The notes below the pieces were generated by a model. It made no database searches. It was not told the origin of the DNA and worked only from the letters and a program-made list of their open reading frames with translations. Positions 41,401 to 50,593 of a stretch of DNA of 64,000 nucleotides are shown one piece after another. Made by a program: the position numbers and the translations under genes. Source of the stretch: Candidatus Moraniibacteriota bacterium (GTDB taxonomy: Bacteria > Patescibacteriota > Minisyncoccia > Moranbacterales > GCA-2747515); NCBI GenBank assembly GCA_046116545.1, contig CP175956.1:577734-641733 (forward strand), read 5' to 3'. The number at the start of each line of letters is the position of its first letter. Position 1 is the first letter of the stretch.

Positions 41401-44400
41401 TACAACAATAGATACACAAGTAACTCCGCAAATAAATTCATGGACGGCAACATATGCAATAGAGAGAAATATTACAGACTTTAATTTTAATACAATTTCA
41501 CAAAGTACAATACAAAATTGTGATTGTTATGTGATAGGGTCAGCCGAAGCTGAACAGCCAGAAAATTCAATATTATATTTTTCAAAAGATGATGGATTTT
41601 CATGGGATTATATACCAGTAGACAACGGAGGAGGAATGGATTGTAATGTCACAAATGTAAAAGTGAAATACAATGATGATACTCGTGAAGTAGGCGAAGA
41701 CTTGGAAGGTGAGTTTACTGGAGTAATTACAGACACAGAAATCGTCAATGTTGATGGTGGAGAGATTGAAATAAAAAAAGGTGGAATGGGAACTTATTCT
41801 GTTGGTACTGGTGGTGAAGTGGGTTATGGTGTTGTAGTAGATGGTAACAATAATATTTATGTTACAGGAGAATTTGGAGATACTACGGATTTTAATCAAA
41901 CGGGGGTAGGTGAGTCAGATATACATACTAATAATGGAGCTTATGATATTTTCATTACAAAATATAATGCAGATGGTTCATATGACTATACATATACAAT
42001 AGGTAGTACTGGCGATGATACTGGATTAGATATTATTACAGATGATCAAAATAATGTATATATTACAGGACGGTTTGAGAATACTGTTGATTTCAATCAA
42101 ACGGGTTCTGGTAGTTCAGATGAACATACAGCCATTGGTAGCCTAGAAAATATTTTCATAACAAAATACAATGCCGATGGTTCATATGCATACACATACA
42201 CAATAGGTAGCACTGGATATGACTATGGAGAGGGTGTTGTAGTTGACAGTGTAGGTAATGTATATATGATAGGGTTTTTTGAAAATAGCGTTGAATTTAA
42301 TACAACTGGCTCAGGTGTATCAGATATACACACAAGTCATGGCTCTCGTGATATTTTCATAACAAAATACAATGCAGATGGTTCATATGACTATACTTAC
42401 ACAATGGGTGGTTCAAGTTATGATTATGGGTATGGCATAGCAGTGGATAGTTCGGATAATATATATATGACAGGCTCATTTAGTGGTACTGTTGACTTCA
42501 ACCAAACTGGTTCAGGTGCATCAGATACACATACCAATAATGGCTCTCGTGATATTTTCATAACAAAATACAATGCAGATGGTTCATATGACTATACTTA
42601 CACAATGGGTGGTTCAAGTTATGATGATGGTAAAGATATTATCATAGATAATTTTGGGAATGCATATATTACAGGATATTTTCGAAGTTCAACAGCAGAA
42701 TTTAATCAAACTGGTTCAGGTGCATCAGATATGCATACAACCAATGGATCGTATGATATTTTTATCACAAAAATAAATGCAGATAATGGCTATGGTTACA
42801 CATATACAATGGGGAGTTCTCAATCTGAACATGGGGAAGGTGTCACGGTAGATAATTTAGGTAATGTATATGTTACAGGATATTTTGGGGGAGATATGGA
42901 TTTCAATCAAACTGGATCAGGTGATCCAGATGTTCATGCAATTAGTGGAGGAGGTTATGATGTTTTTATAACAAAATACAATGCAGATGGTTCATATGGC
43001 TACACGCACACAATAGGTGATAACCAAACTGTTTTTGGATTTAGCATTACAACAGACAATTTAAATAACCTTTATACAACTGGATTATTTAATGCCACTC
43101 TTGATTTCAATCAAACTGGAACAGGTGAATCAGATATTCACACAGGCTATATGAATGCGACTATGTTTCTTACAAAAATTAATGCAGATGGAACCTACGG
43201 AACGTTGTATGAATATTACAAATCACCAGGAATCTACCAAACCAAAATCCCCTCAACAAACATAAAAGAATGGAAAGAATTAACAATAGATCAAAATACC
43301 CCAGATGACACAACAATCAAATACGAAATATTAGATCAATTATGTACAAATACGTTGATAAATGAAACAGAGAATACAACAATAGACCTATCAAGTATAA
43401 ATACAATCAATATAGAACTTTGTCTCGAAATAACCTTTGAAACAACAGATGTACAAGAAACTCCAATCTTAAACAGTTGGCAAGCAACCTACACAACAGA
43501 TCCAGAAACAGATGAAGAAGAAATAGATTTTCAGACAATGAGAAATCCAGAATGTGATTTAGTAATATTGCCTATTAATCCAGTAGATCCAATAATTCCA
43601 CCAGAAGAACCAGAAGAAGAAAAAGAATGCAAAACCGACAATATAAAAGAAATAACAAAAGATTCAGTAACTCTAAGAGTAGAAGTAGATGAAGAATACG
43701 CAGATGAGAAAATAAAATTCAAAGTAGAAGTAGAGAATCTATATACAAATGAAAAAGAAACAATAAAACTAACGGATAAACCATCTGATAGTGGAAGAGT
43801 AACTCTAGAGATAGATAACCTAGAAGAAGATACCCAATATAGGTTCAAAGTATCATATCAAGAAGATGATAGCTACGAATACTGTCCACATTCTAAAACA
43901 GCAACAACAGAAAAAACAACTCTAGGACCTACAAAAGAAATAGTAAATCCAGAATGTGGAGAATCAAGTAAAACATATACAGAAGATGAATCAGAATTCA
44001 CAGGAGACTTCTGTCAAACAGGAGAAGTATTAAATATACCAGAATTTCCAAATCAAGGAGAATCATCTTCATGGACATGTACAAATGATGATGAAGAAAT
44101 AACATGTAGCGCTAGTAGAGAAGAAAAAGAAATAGTAACTCCTCCAGTAGTACAAGGAGGAAGTGATCCTGAACCACCAGCACAAGAAGTAACAGATCCT
44201 CCTGTACAAGAACCAACAAAGGAACAACAAAAAGAAAAACAATATCAAGCAGCTGCAGTAGTAGGATTAACAACAGGAACACTAATAGCTCTAGCTTCAA
44301 CAACAATCCCTCTATTCACAACAATCCCAATGGCAGCAACAGATATATTCATAATGCCTTTCTTAGGAATATTAGCTAGAAGAAAAAATGAACAAAACTG

Positions 44401-45142
44401 GGGAACAGTGTTTGAACAAACAACAAAACAACCATTGCCTGGAGTAAAACTAGTTCTAACTGATATAGAGGGCTTTGAAATAGAAACAACATACTCAGAT
44501 CAACATGGAAGATTTGGATTCTTAACAACAAATGGAACATATCTGATACATCCAGAAAAACCAAAATATGAAGAAGACCTAACTCATAACCATGATTCAC
44601 TATACGGAGATGTATATACAGGAGAAGCATTAACAATAGAAGAAAACAAAGTTCTAGCAACAAATATTGCAATGAATGCCCTGAATATAAACTGGAATGA
44701 ATATGCAGATAAAAAAGTAAAAAGCTATACAGGAACTTTCTCAGCAATAAAGAAATGGAGCTTCATAATTCTTTTTTACGTAGGATTTATAGCTACAGCA
44801 GCAATAACTTACCTGTACCCATCAACTCTAAATTACATATTCCTATCTCTATATATGGCACTGTTCATTTATGATAACTTCATAAAACAAAAGAAATATG
44901 GAACAGTAACAAAACATGATAAAAACCCAGTACCTTTTGCAGTAGTATCACTCCATAACAAAGAAACAAATCAAAAAACAGGATTCGCTGTAACAGATGC
45001 AATAGGAAGATATTATCTTCTAGCAGAAAATGGAGATTACAATATGAAAGTAAAAGGACAACCAATATCAGGACAACCTTTTGAAAAACAAGGTAATATC
45101 AATGTTAGGAAAGGTCTTGTTAGGGAGGATATTAAAGTTTAA
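38495..45142 (+). CDS. Giant surface protein (2215 aa): Ig-like domain, two blocks of seven beta-propeller (SBBP-like) repeats, C-terminal TM anchors
   Basis: Signal peptide; 14 x DIFITKxNxDGSY repeats; carboxypeptidase-regulatory-like C-terminal domains between TM helices. Confidence 0.88.
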   Translation: MKKNIVKLLGVFVFFAYLVSMSTTTTFAVDETTIEEIIPNEFQGGGIAQGWQGDDDNWDYALPFTFNFYGVDYTNIKIGSNGAICLDNAQNCTWYAEINSSWMGPVITALGKDLITNDIFITESSDNVVIRWAVTEYGTSNQINFEVVLYSDGNIKFNYGNSDIALSGGAVVGILKGDGIIYTESVYHQNTEFDQVDTSAWGEFGIGVESFFPADNEAGVFLDTDLKITFDTEIYQGIGNIEIKKKSDNSIVEMIDVTAGQVTGFGTVDITISTNIELQTYTQYYVTVDENTFKDIDDEAYLEISDNTTWNFSTGDGYIIKTISEGRCYEIGSAETQKPTNTELSYSNDNQVTWTYVPEDQGTGGDCNITDVRLNVFADTQTIGENLETEFVGTLIDTQVTNNDDGEVGLVYNNVGTYVFGSTNRDDGQSIVVDTQNNVYIAGAFSDTVDFNQSGIGLPDNHTSTGYQDIFITKYNADSSYGYTYAMGGTNNDVGYDIATDSQDNVYIIGSFHLTVDFNQTGSGLPDIHTSNSRRDIFITKINADGSYGYTYTFGGLPDTFGNNNYGYAIAIDSQDNVYGMGNFSRTIDFNQTGSGSVDNHVSNGYYDIFITKINTDGSYGHTYTMGGVGYDYGHEITTDTQNNVYITGAFSGTVDFNQTGSGSPDSHTSNGSRDIFITKYNADGSYGYTYTMGDVTYNAGRGLVVDTQNNVYITGEFSGTVDFNQTGSGLPDSHTSNGILDIFITKYNPDGSYGYTYTMGGLGYDYGNGVTLDMQDNVYITGSFNNTVDFNQTNGGSSDVYVSNGAYDIFITKINVDGSYGWTNTFGGTDSDFGLGVALDDSNDVLVTGIFKGTVEFNQTGAGLAESYVSKGDYDIFITKYNADGSYGTFFSDSYKTVGDYQVQIAHNDSMAWQQLEIMSNDPIDTNLEYTILDNTCANTLVGPISDTMIDLSSIGNSDAGLCFQTNFTTIDTQVTPQINSWTATYAIERNITDFNFNTISQSTIQNCDCYVIGSAEAEQPENSILYFSKDDGFSWDYIPVDNGGGMDCNVTNVKVKYNDDTREVGEDLEGEFTGVITDTEIVNVDGGEIEIKKGGMGTYSVGTGGEVGYGVVVDGNNNIYVTGEFGDTTDFNQTGVGESDIHTNNGAYDIFITKYNADGSYDYTYTIGSTGDDTGLDIITDDQNNVYITGRFENTVDFNQTGSGSSDEHTAIGSLENIFITKYNADGSYAYTYTIGSTGYDYGEGVVVDSVGNVYMIGFFENSVEFNTTGSGVSDIHTSHGSRDIFITKYNADGSYDYTYTMGGSSYDYGYGIAVDSSDNIYMTGSFSGTVDFNQTGSGASDTHTNNGSRDIFITKYNADGSYDYTYTMGGSSYDDGKDIIIDNFGNAYITGYFRSSTAEFNQTGSGASDMHTTNGSYDIFITKINADNGYGYTYTMGSSQSEHGEGVTVDNLGNVYVTGYFGGDMDFNQTGSGDPDVHAISGGGYDVFITKYNADGSYGYTHTIGDNQTVFGFSITTDNLNNLYTTGLFNATLDFNQTGTGESDIHTGYMNATMFLTKINADGTYGTLYEYYKSPGIYQTKIPSTNIKEWKELTIDQNTPDDTTIKYEILDQLCTNTLINETENTTIDLSSINTINIELCLEITFETTDVQETPILNSWQATYTTDPETDEEEIDFQTMRNPECDLVILPINPVDPIIPPEEPEEEKECKTDNIKEITKDSVTLRVEVDEEYADEKIKFKVEVENLYTNEKETIKLTDKPSDSGRVTLEIDNLEEDTQYRFKVSYQEDDSYEYCPHSKTATTEKTTLGPTKEIVNPECGESSKTYTEDESEFTGDFCQTGEVLNIPEFPNQGESSSWTCTNDDEEITCSASREEKEIVTPPVVQGGSDPEPPAQEVTDPPVQEPTKEQQKEKQYQAAAVVGLTTGTLIALASTTIPLFTTIPMAATDIFIMPFLGILARRKNEQNWGTVFEQTTKQPLPGVKLVLTDIEGFEIETTYSDQHGRFGFLTTNGTYLIHPEKPKYEEDLTHNHDSLYGDVYTGEALTIEENKVLATNIAMNALNINWNEYADKKVKSYTGTFSAIKKWSFIILFYVGFIATAAITYLYPSTLNYIFLSLYMALFIYDNFIKQKKYGTVTKHDKNPVPFAVVSLHNKETNQKTGFAVTDAIGRYYLLAENGDYNMKVKGQPISGQPFEKQGNINVRKGLVREDIKV

Positions 45143-45336
45143 AGTAAAACCAACCAAAAACACAAAAAAGAAATGGGATGATTTAATCTCATTTCTTTTT
45201 TAATTAGAATTATTTAAAAATAGGGCACTCTATTTTAAAAAGAGTATGTAATATGGAGTTGACTTTTTTGGTTATTATGCTATAATAGCAAGTTATCATT
45301 TTTGAGTGGTAATTGTAGTAATTAATAAGTATTTTT

Positions 45337-45756
45337 ATGAATAAGAATCAAATAATCGGCATAATAATCTTAGTAGCATTTATTTTTGTTGCTATATTTT
45401 TGTATGTTGTATTTCGTGCAAATAAACAAGAGGTTACAGAAGATATGCTAAATAATGAAGGAGAATATACGGTAGATATCAATAACGATGTTACTTTAGA
45501 TTCATTTTTGAATGAAGATTCAAAAAATAGTGGGGATATTGATATTATCTCAGAAATATCTGATGAAAATGCAGGTCAACAAGTTATAGTAGAAATAATT
45601 GAAGAAAAAGAAGATATGAAAAAACCAGCTGTTGTAGTTAATGAAGTGAAAACTTCTCCTCAAACAGGGCCTGGTGCAAATGCTGCTTCTGTAGCATTAT
45701 TAACATCAGTTATTATTTCTGCAGCTATATTTAAAACTCAAAAATCAAGTAAATAA
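45337..45756 (+). CDS. Hypothetical membrane protein with SPQTGP motif and C-terminal TM
   Basis: TM helices at both ends. Confidence 0.7.
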   Translation: MNKNQIIGIIILVAFIFVAIFLYVVFRANKQEVTEDMLNNEGEYTVDINNDVTLDSFLNEDSKNSGDIDIISEISDENAGQQVIVEIIEEKEDMKKPAVVVNEVKTSPQTGPGANAASVALLTSVIISAAIFKTQKSSK

Positions 45757-45844
45757 TAGAGGTTATTATTACTTTTAAAAAAGCTCATAGCAATATGAGC
45801 TTTTTTGTTTGCTTAAAGTGATTTTTTCAGATATACTTACATTC

Positions 45845-47650
45845 ATGAAAAACATTAGAAACTTTTGTATTATTGCGCATATTGATCACGGAAAATCCAC
45901 ATTGTCGGATCGTCTTTTAGAAGTTACTGGAACTATTGAGGAGAGAGATATGAAAGAACAATTGTTAGATACGATGGATTTAGAAAGGGAGCGTGGAATT
46001 ACTATAAAATTGCAACCAGTCCAAATGGCATATAAGTATAATGATGTAGATTATACTTTGAATTTAATTGATACTCCTGGACATGTGGATTTCGCTTATG
46101 AAGTATCACGGTCACTTGCTGCAGTTGAGGGTGCTGTTTTATTGGTTGACGCTTCTCAGGGAGTGCAAGCTCAAACTCTTACAAATTTATATTTTGCACT
46201 TGAACAAGATCTTGAAATTATACCAGTGCTAAACAAAATTGATTTACCTAATGCTGATGTTGAAAAGGTAAAAAAAGAAATTGTGCATATATTAGGTTGT
46301 GATGCTGATGATATCTTGGCCGTTAGTGGTAAAACGGGGGAAGGTGTAAAAGAAATGCTTGAGAAAGTTATAGATGATACACCTGCACCAAGTGGTCAAG
46401 AAGACGGAGCAACTAGAGCACTTATTTTCGATAGTGTATATGATTCTTATAAGGGTGTGTTGGCTTATGTTAGAGTTGTAGATGGTAAAATAAATAAAAG
46501 AGATGACATACACATGCTTATGACAAAAGGTCAGAGTAGTATTGTGGAGCTAGGTCATTTAAAGCCAGGCCATGAAATTTGTGATGATTTACTAACTGGA
46601 GATATAGGATATATTGCCACTGGATTTAAAAGTGTATCAGAATGTAAGGTTGGTGATACAATTACACTTAAACAGAATTCAAAAACAGAAAATTATGATG
46701 AAATAAACCCACTAGCAGGTTATAAAGAAGTGCAGCCTGTAGTATATGCTAGCTTTTATCCACTAGATGGTAGTGATTATAATTTAATGCGGGATGCATT
46801 AGAGAAGTTAACTTTAAATGATGGCGCATTTAGATTTGAGCCAGAAAGCAATAAGGCTCTCGGTAGAGGGTTTAGATGTGGTTTTTTAGGACTTCTTCAT
46901 TTAGAAATCATACAAGCAAGACTTGATAGAGAATTTGATATGAGTCCAACTATAACAACTCCAAGTGTTGTTTACAAAATACACAAAAAGGATACAGATG
47001 AAACTGTGGATATATTTTCCCCTACAGAACTCCCAGATCCTTCAGTGGTAGAATCAATAGAAGAGCCTTATGTGAAATTAGAAATCATAGCTCCAAGTGA
47101 ATATTTAGGGAGCGTAATGGAGCTTATGGGAAATACTAGAGCAGAATATAGAACTACTGAATATATAGATGAATCTCGTGTGCAACTAGTTTTTGATGCA
47201 CCTCTTATGGATGTGATTGTTGATTTTCATGATCAACTAAAAAGCATTTCAAGTGGTTATGCATCTATGAACTATGAACCAATGGGTTACAGAACAAGTG
47301 ATTTAGTTAAATTAGATATATTGGTTGCTGGAGATGTTGTTGATGCATTTGCAAGAATTATTCCTAGAGATAGCGCTCATAAAGAAGGAAAAGCAACGGT
47401 CAATAAGCTTAAAGACGTATTACCAAGACAAAACTTTACAGTTGCAATTCAAGCTGCAATTGGAGCAAAAGTTATAGCTAGAGCAACCATAAGTGCATTT
47501 AGAAAAGATGTTACAGCAGGATTGTATGGTGGAGATATAACTAGAAAAAGAAAACTTTTGGAAAAGCAAAAGAAAGGTAAAAAAAGAATGGCACAATCAG
47601 GAAAAGTAGATATTCCACCAGAAACATTCTTGAAAGTTTTAAGAAAATAA
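45845..47650 (+). CDS. lepA: Elongation factor 4
   Basis: IRNFCIIAHIDHGKSTL, DTPGH, GFLGLLH, KRKLLEKQKKGK. Confidence 0.97.
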   Translation: MKNIRNFCIIAHIDHGKSTLSDRLLEVTGTIEERDMKEQLLDTMDLERERGITIKLQPVQMAYKYNDVDYTLNLIDTPGHVDFAYEVSRSLAAVEGAVLLVDASQGVQAQTLTNLYFALEQDLEIIPVLNKIDLPNADVEKVKKEIVHILGCDADDILAVSGKTGEGVKEMLEKVIDDTPAPSGQEDGATRALIFDSVYDSYKGVLAYVRVVDGKINKRDDIHMLMTKGQSSIVELGHLKPGHEICDDLLTGDIGYIATGFKSVSECKVGDTITLKQNSKTENYDEINPLAGYKEVQPVVYASFYPLDGSDYNLMRDALEKLTLNDGAFRFEPESNKALGRGFRCGFLGLLHLEIIQARLDREFDMSPTITTPSVVYKIHKKDTDETVDIFSPTELPDPSVVESIEEPYVKLEIIAPSEYLGSVMELMGNTRAEYRTTEYIDESRVQLVFDAPLMDVIVDFHDQLKSISSGYASMNYEPMGYRTSDLVKLDILVAGDVVDAFARIIPRDSAHKEGKATVNKLKDVLPRQNFTVAIQAAIGAKVIARATISAFRKDVTAGLYGGDITRKRKLLEKQKKGKKRMAQSGKVDIPPETFLKVLRK

Positions 47651-47737
47651 GTGTTGACAAAATGCTATTATTGTGATATCATATATTGTTATCATAAATT
47701 TTTTGATATCAAAAATCAAATAAATAAGGAGGCTCAA

Positions 47738-47956
47738 ATGAGTAAAGATGAGTTTTTAATGACAAAAGATGATATCGAAATTGTTCGAAATCATATGGAA
47801 TTGGAAGTATTTGAAGAGTATAGCTCTGCAAATAAGGCAACTTTATTAGCAAAGTGGCGCAAAGAAGGCAAAAAAATTCCAGTGCTTACTGCCCGTGATA
47901 TTCCAAGTTTGCATAATGATGGAGATGACATCATGCAAGAGGGGAGAGATTATTGA
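47738..47956 (+). CDS. Small hypothetical protein
   Basis: AAGGAGG RBS, upstream TTGACA promoter, downstream hairpin. Confidence 0.6.
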   Translation: MSKDEFLMTKDDIEIVRNHMELEVFEEYSSANKATLLAKWRKEGKKIPVLTARDIPSLHNDGDDIMQEGRDY

Positions 47957-48157
47957 AATCCTCTTGTAACGACATATTACATTAACAAATGTGGTATGTC
48001 GTTTTATTTTTTCACATGAATAAGTTGTTAAACCAGCTTTGACTATAGTATGAAAAAAGAGTATTATTAAGTGAGTGAAAAATAAAAATACAAGAGGGGA
48101 GAATATCGGTTGCAAAGTAACTGATTTTTGGCGTGTTTTGAATATTAAGACAAAAGA

Positions 48158-49252
48158 ATGAAAAGAATCGTAGAAAAGTTATCTAAAGTTTCTAAGAAAA
48201 TGAGTGGAAAGTTTTTTGGAAACCTTTCAAAGGATATTGGCATTGACTTAGGAACTGCTAATACTTTGGTGTATGTTAGTGGTAGTGGAATTGTTATAAA
48301 TGAGCCATCGGTTGTTGCTATGAATACTCGCACAGGTCAGATATTAGCAATTGGAAAAGAAGCAAAAAGGATGGTTGGAAAAACACCAGCTCATATTGTG
48401 GCAACTCGTCCACTTGTAGATGGTGTAGTTAGTGATTTTGAAGTTACGGAGCAAATGCTTAAGTATTTTTTTGAGAAAGTGCATAAAGACCAGTTTTCAT
48501 TTTTGCCAAGACCTAGAGTGTTAATAGGGATACCTTCTGGAGTAACAGAAGTGGAAAAAAGAGCTGTGATAGACGCAGCAATGAGCGCAGGAGCTCGAGA
48601 GGCTTATTTGATAGATGAGCCTATGGCTGCATCTATTGGTGCGCGGATGCCTGTTACTGAAGCAAATGGAAATATGATTGTGGATATTGGAGGTGGAACT
48701 AGTGAAATTGCTGTCATATCACTTGGTGGTGTTGTTGCTGCACGTTCACTTAGAACAGCGGGAGATGAAATGAACGAAGATATTATAAGGTATATGAGAG
48801 ATGAGTTCAATCTTCTTATAGGCGAGAGGACTGCGGAAGAAGTGAAGATTACAGTAGGAAGCGCGTATCAACAAAAGACACAACTAACAACAAAGGTAAG
48901 AGGTAGGGATTTAGTTACAGGATTACCAAAAGAAGTGAAAGTAACAGATGATAATATTAGAGATGCTCTTTCAAGAAGCATTCGAATTATTGTAAATACA
49001 ATAAAAACAATCATAGAAGAAACCCCGCCAGAGCTGCTTGCAGATATAATGCAAAGTGGAATTATTTTGGCAGGTGGAGGCGGACTTATACGCGGACTTG
49101 ATAAGCTTATAGCAAATGAAACAAAGATACCTGTTATGAAAATGGAGGATCCTCTTACAGCTGTTGTACGAGGAACAGGTATTGTATTAGAAGATTTAGA
49201 AAATTTAAGAGAAGTTTTAATTGAAACTGATGAGATGGCACCATTACGATAA
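48158..49252 (+). CDS. mreB: Rod shape-determining protein MreB
   Basis: DLGTANT, NEPSVVA, EPMAA, DIGGGT, GRDLVTGLP. Confidence 0.97.
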   Translation: MKRIVEKLSKVSKKMSGKFFGNLSKDIGIDLGTANTLVYVSGSGIVINEPSVVAMNTRTGQILAIGKEAKRMVGKTPAHIVATRPLVDGVVSDFEVTEQMLKYFFEKVHKDQFSFLPRPRVLIGIPSGVTEVEKRAVIDAAMSAGAREAYLIDEPMAASIGARMPVTEANGNMIVDIGGGTSEIAVISLGGVVAARSLRTAGDEMNEDIIRYMRDEFNLLIGERTAEEVKITVGSAYQQKTQLTTKVRGRDLVTGLPKEVKVTDDNIRDALSRSIRIIVNTIKTIIEETPPELLADIMQSGIILAGGGGLIRGLDKLIANETKIPVMKMEDPLTAVVRGTGIVLEDLENLREVLIETDEMAPLR

Positions 49253-49277
49253 ATAAATTGATTAATATTTATTATTC

Positions 49278-50081
49278 ATGCAAATAGTACATAAGGCAAA
49301 AAGAAAAAAAAGAATATTTATCTATGTTGCTGTAGCTATTGTTTTGATTATTATAAATCCATTTAATATTTTTAATTCTATTAGAAATATTATTATGATT
49401 CCTGCTACACCTATTTTGAAAATTGGATTTGGACCAGGTTCTTTTGTGCAAGATAAAACAAAAATGATATTTAATATAGGTAGCTTATACAAGGAAAATG
49501 AACAACTTAATAATCAAGTTATCCAGTTAAAATCAGAAGTGGAATTCTTGAGTGATATAAAAAATGAAAATGAAATATTAAGAAATTCTGTAAATTTGTT
49601 ACCAAAAAATAATCAAGAATTAATTGGGGCAGATGTTGTGCTTAGGGATCCTGTTGGTGGTAATCAGTGGATAATGATAAATAGAGGTAGTGAAGATGGC
49701 GTTCGAAATGGTACTGCTGTTATCGTAAATGATAATGTATTTGTAGGTGTTATAGATGAAGTAGATAAAAATTCATCACGTGTAAGACTTATGACGCATC
49801 CAGACAGCAGTGTTAATGTTGCTTCATCTAGAACGGGATCAGAAGCCATAGCTCGAGGCAGACATGGATTATCATTGACTGTAGAAGATATAAAAAAGAA
49901 TGATGATGTGAAAAATGGGGATATGTTTATTACATCAAATATTGGCAATTCATTTCCTAGAGGTTTAAGTGTAGGAAATGTCCAGAATATAACTACATCA
50001 GAGGATAATTTATTTCAAACTGCAAGTATTAATCCTTTGGTTGAATTGGATGATTTGAGGTTTGTATTTATTATAAAATAA
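49278..50081 (+). CDS. mreC: Rod shape-determining protein MreC
   Basis: EN..LR, INRGS.DG, FPRGL.VG; synteny. Confidence 0.92.
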   Translation: MQIVHKAKRKKRIFIYVAVAIVLIIINPFNIFNSIRNIIMIPATPILKIGFGPGSFVQDKTKMIFNIGSLYKENEQLNNQVIQLKSEVEFLSDIKNENEILRNSVNLLPKNNQELIGADVVLRDPVGGNQWIMINRGSEDGVRNGTAVIVNDNVFVGVIDEVDKNSSRVRLMTHPDSSVNVASSRTGSEAIARGRHGLSLTVEDIKKNDDVKNGDMFITSNIGNSFPRGLSVGNVQNITTSEDNLFQTASINPLVELDDLRFVFIIK

Positions 50082-50083
50082 TT

Positions 50084-50590
50084 ATGATAAAATTTTTTGT
50101 ACGATTAATTATTCTTTTAATATCGTTAGCGCTAACAATAGGATTTGCAGCAGGTATAGATATTAATGCTTTTTTGTTAGCTGTTATATTTTTATGTGTA
50201 TGGGTAATCGTAGTGCCATTTGAAGATATATTTTGGTGGTTATTTACATATTCCATTATATTTTCTATATTGAGTTATGATTATTTTGGGGTTTATATAA
50301 TTATTTTACTTGGTGTAGCTCTGGCTTTTGATTTCATATATGGACTTTTAAAAAGAAGTGCAAATGATGGAAATTTTGTATTGTTTGGAATAATGTTTTT
50401 ACTTGCGGGAGCTTCTAGTATTATTTTGAGTTTAGTTAAATATGGATCAATATCATTTAATCCATCATCAATAATATTAGATATTCTTATTACTACATGT
50501 ATATTTTTTATATTTAAATTTGTAATACAAAAATTAGAAAGATTTATAAATTTATATACACATGGAACTGATATGCGTTGTCATACATAA
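50084..50590 (+). CDS. mreD: MreD-like membrane protein
   Basis: Highly hydrophobic, positioned between mreC and mrdA. Confidence 0.6.
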   Translation: MIKFFVRLIILLISLALTIGFAAGIDINAFLLAVIFLCVWVIVVPFEDIFWWLFTYSIIFSILSYDYFGVYIIILLGVALAFDFIYGLLKRSANDGNFVLFGIMFLLAGASSIILSLVKYGSISFNPSSIILDILITTCIFFIFKFVIQKLERFINLYTHGTDMRCHT

Positions 50591-50593
50591 AAT

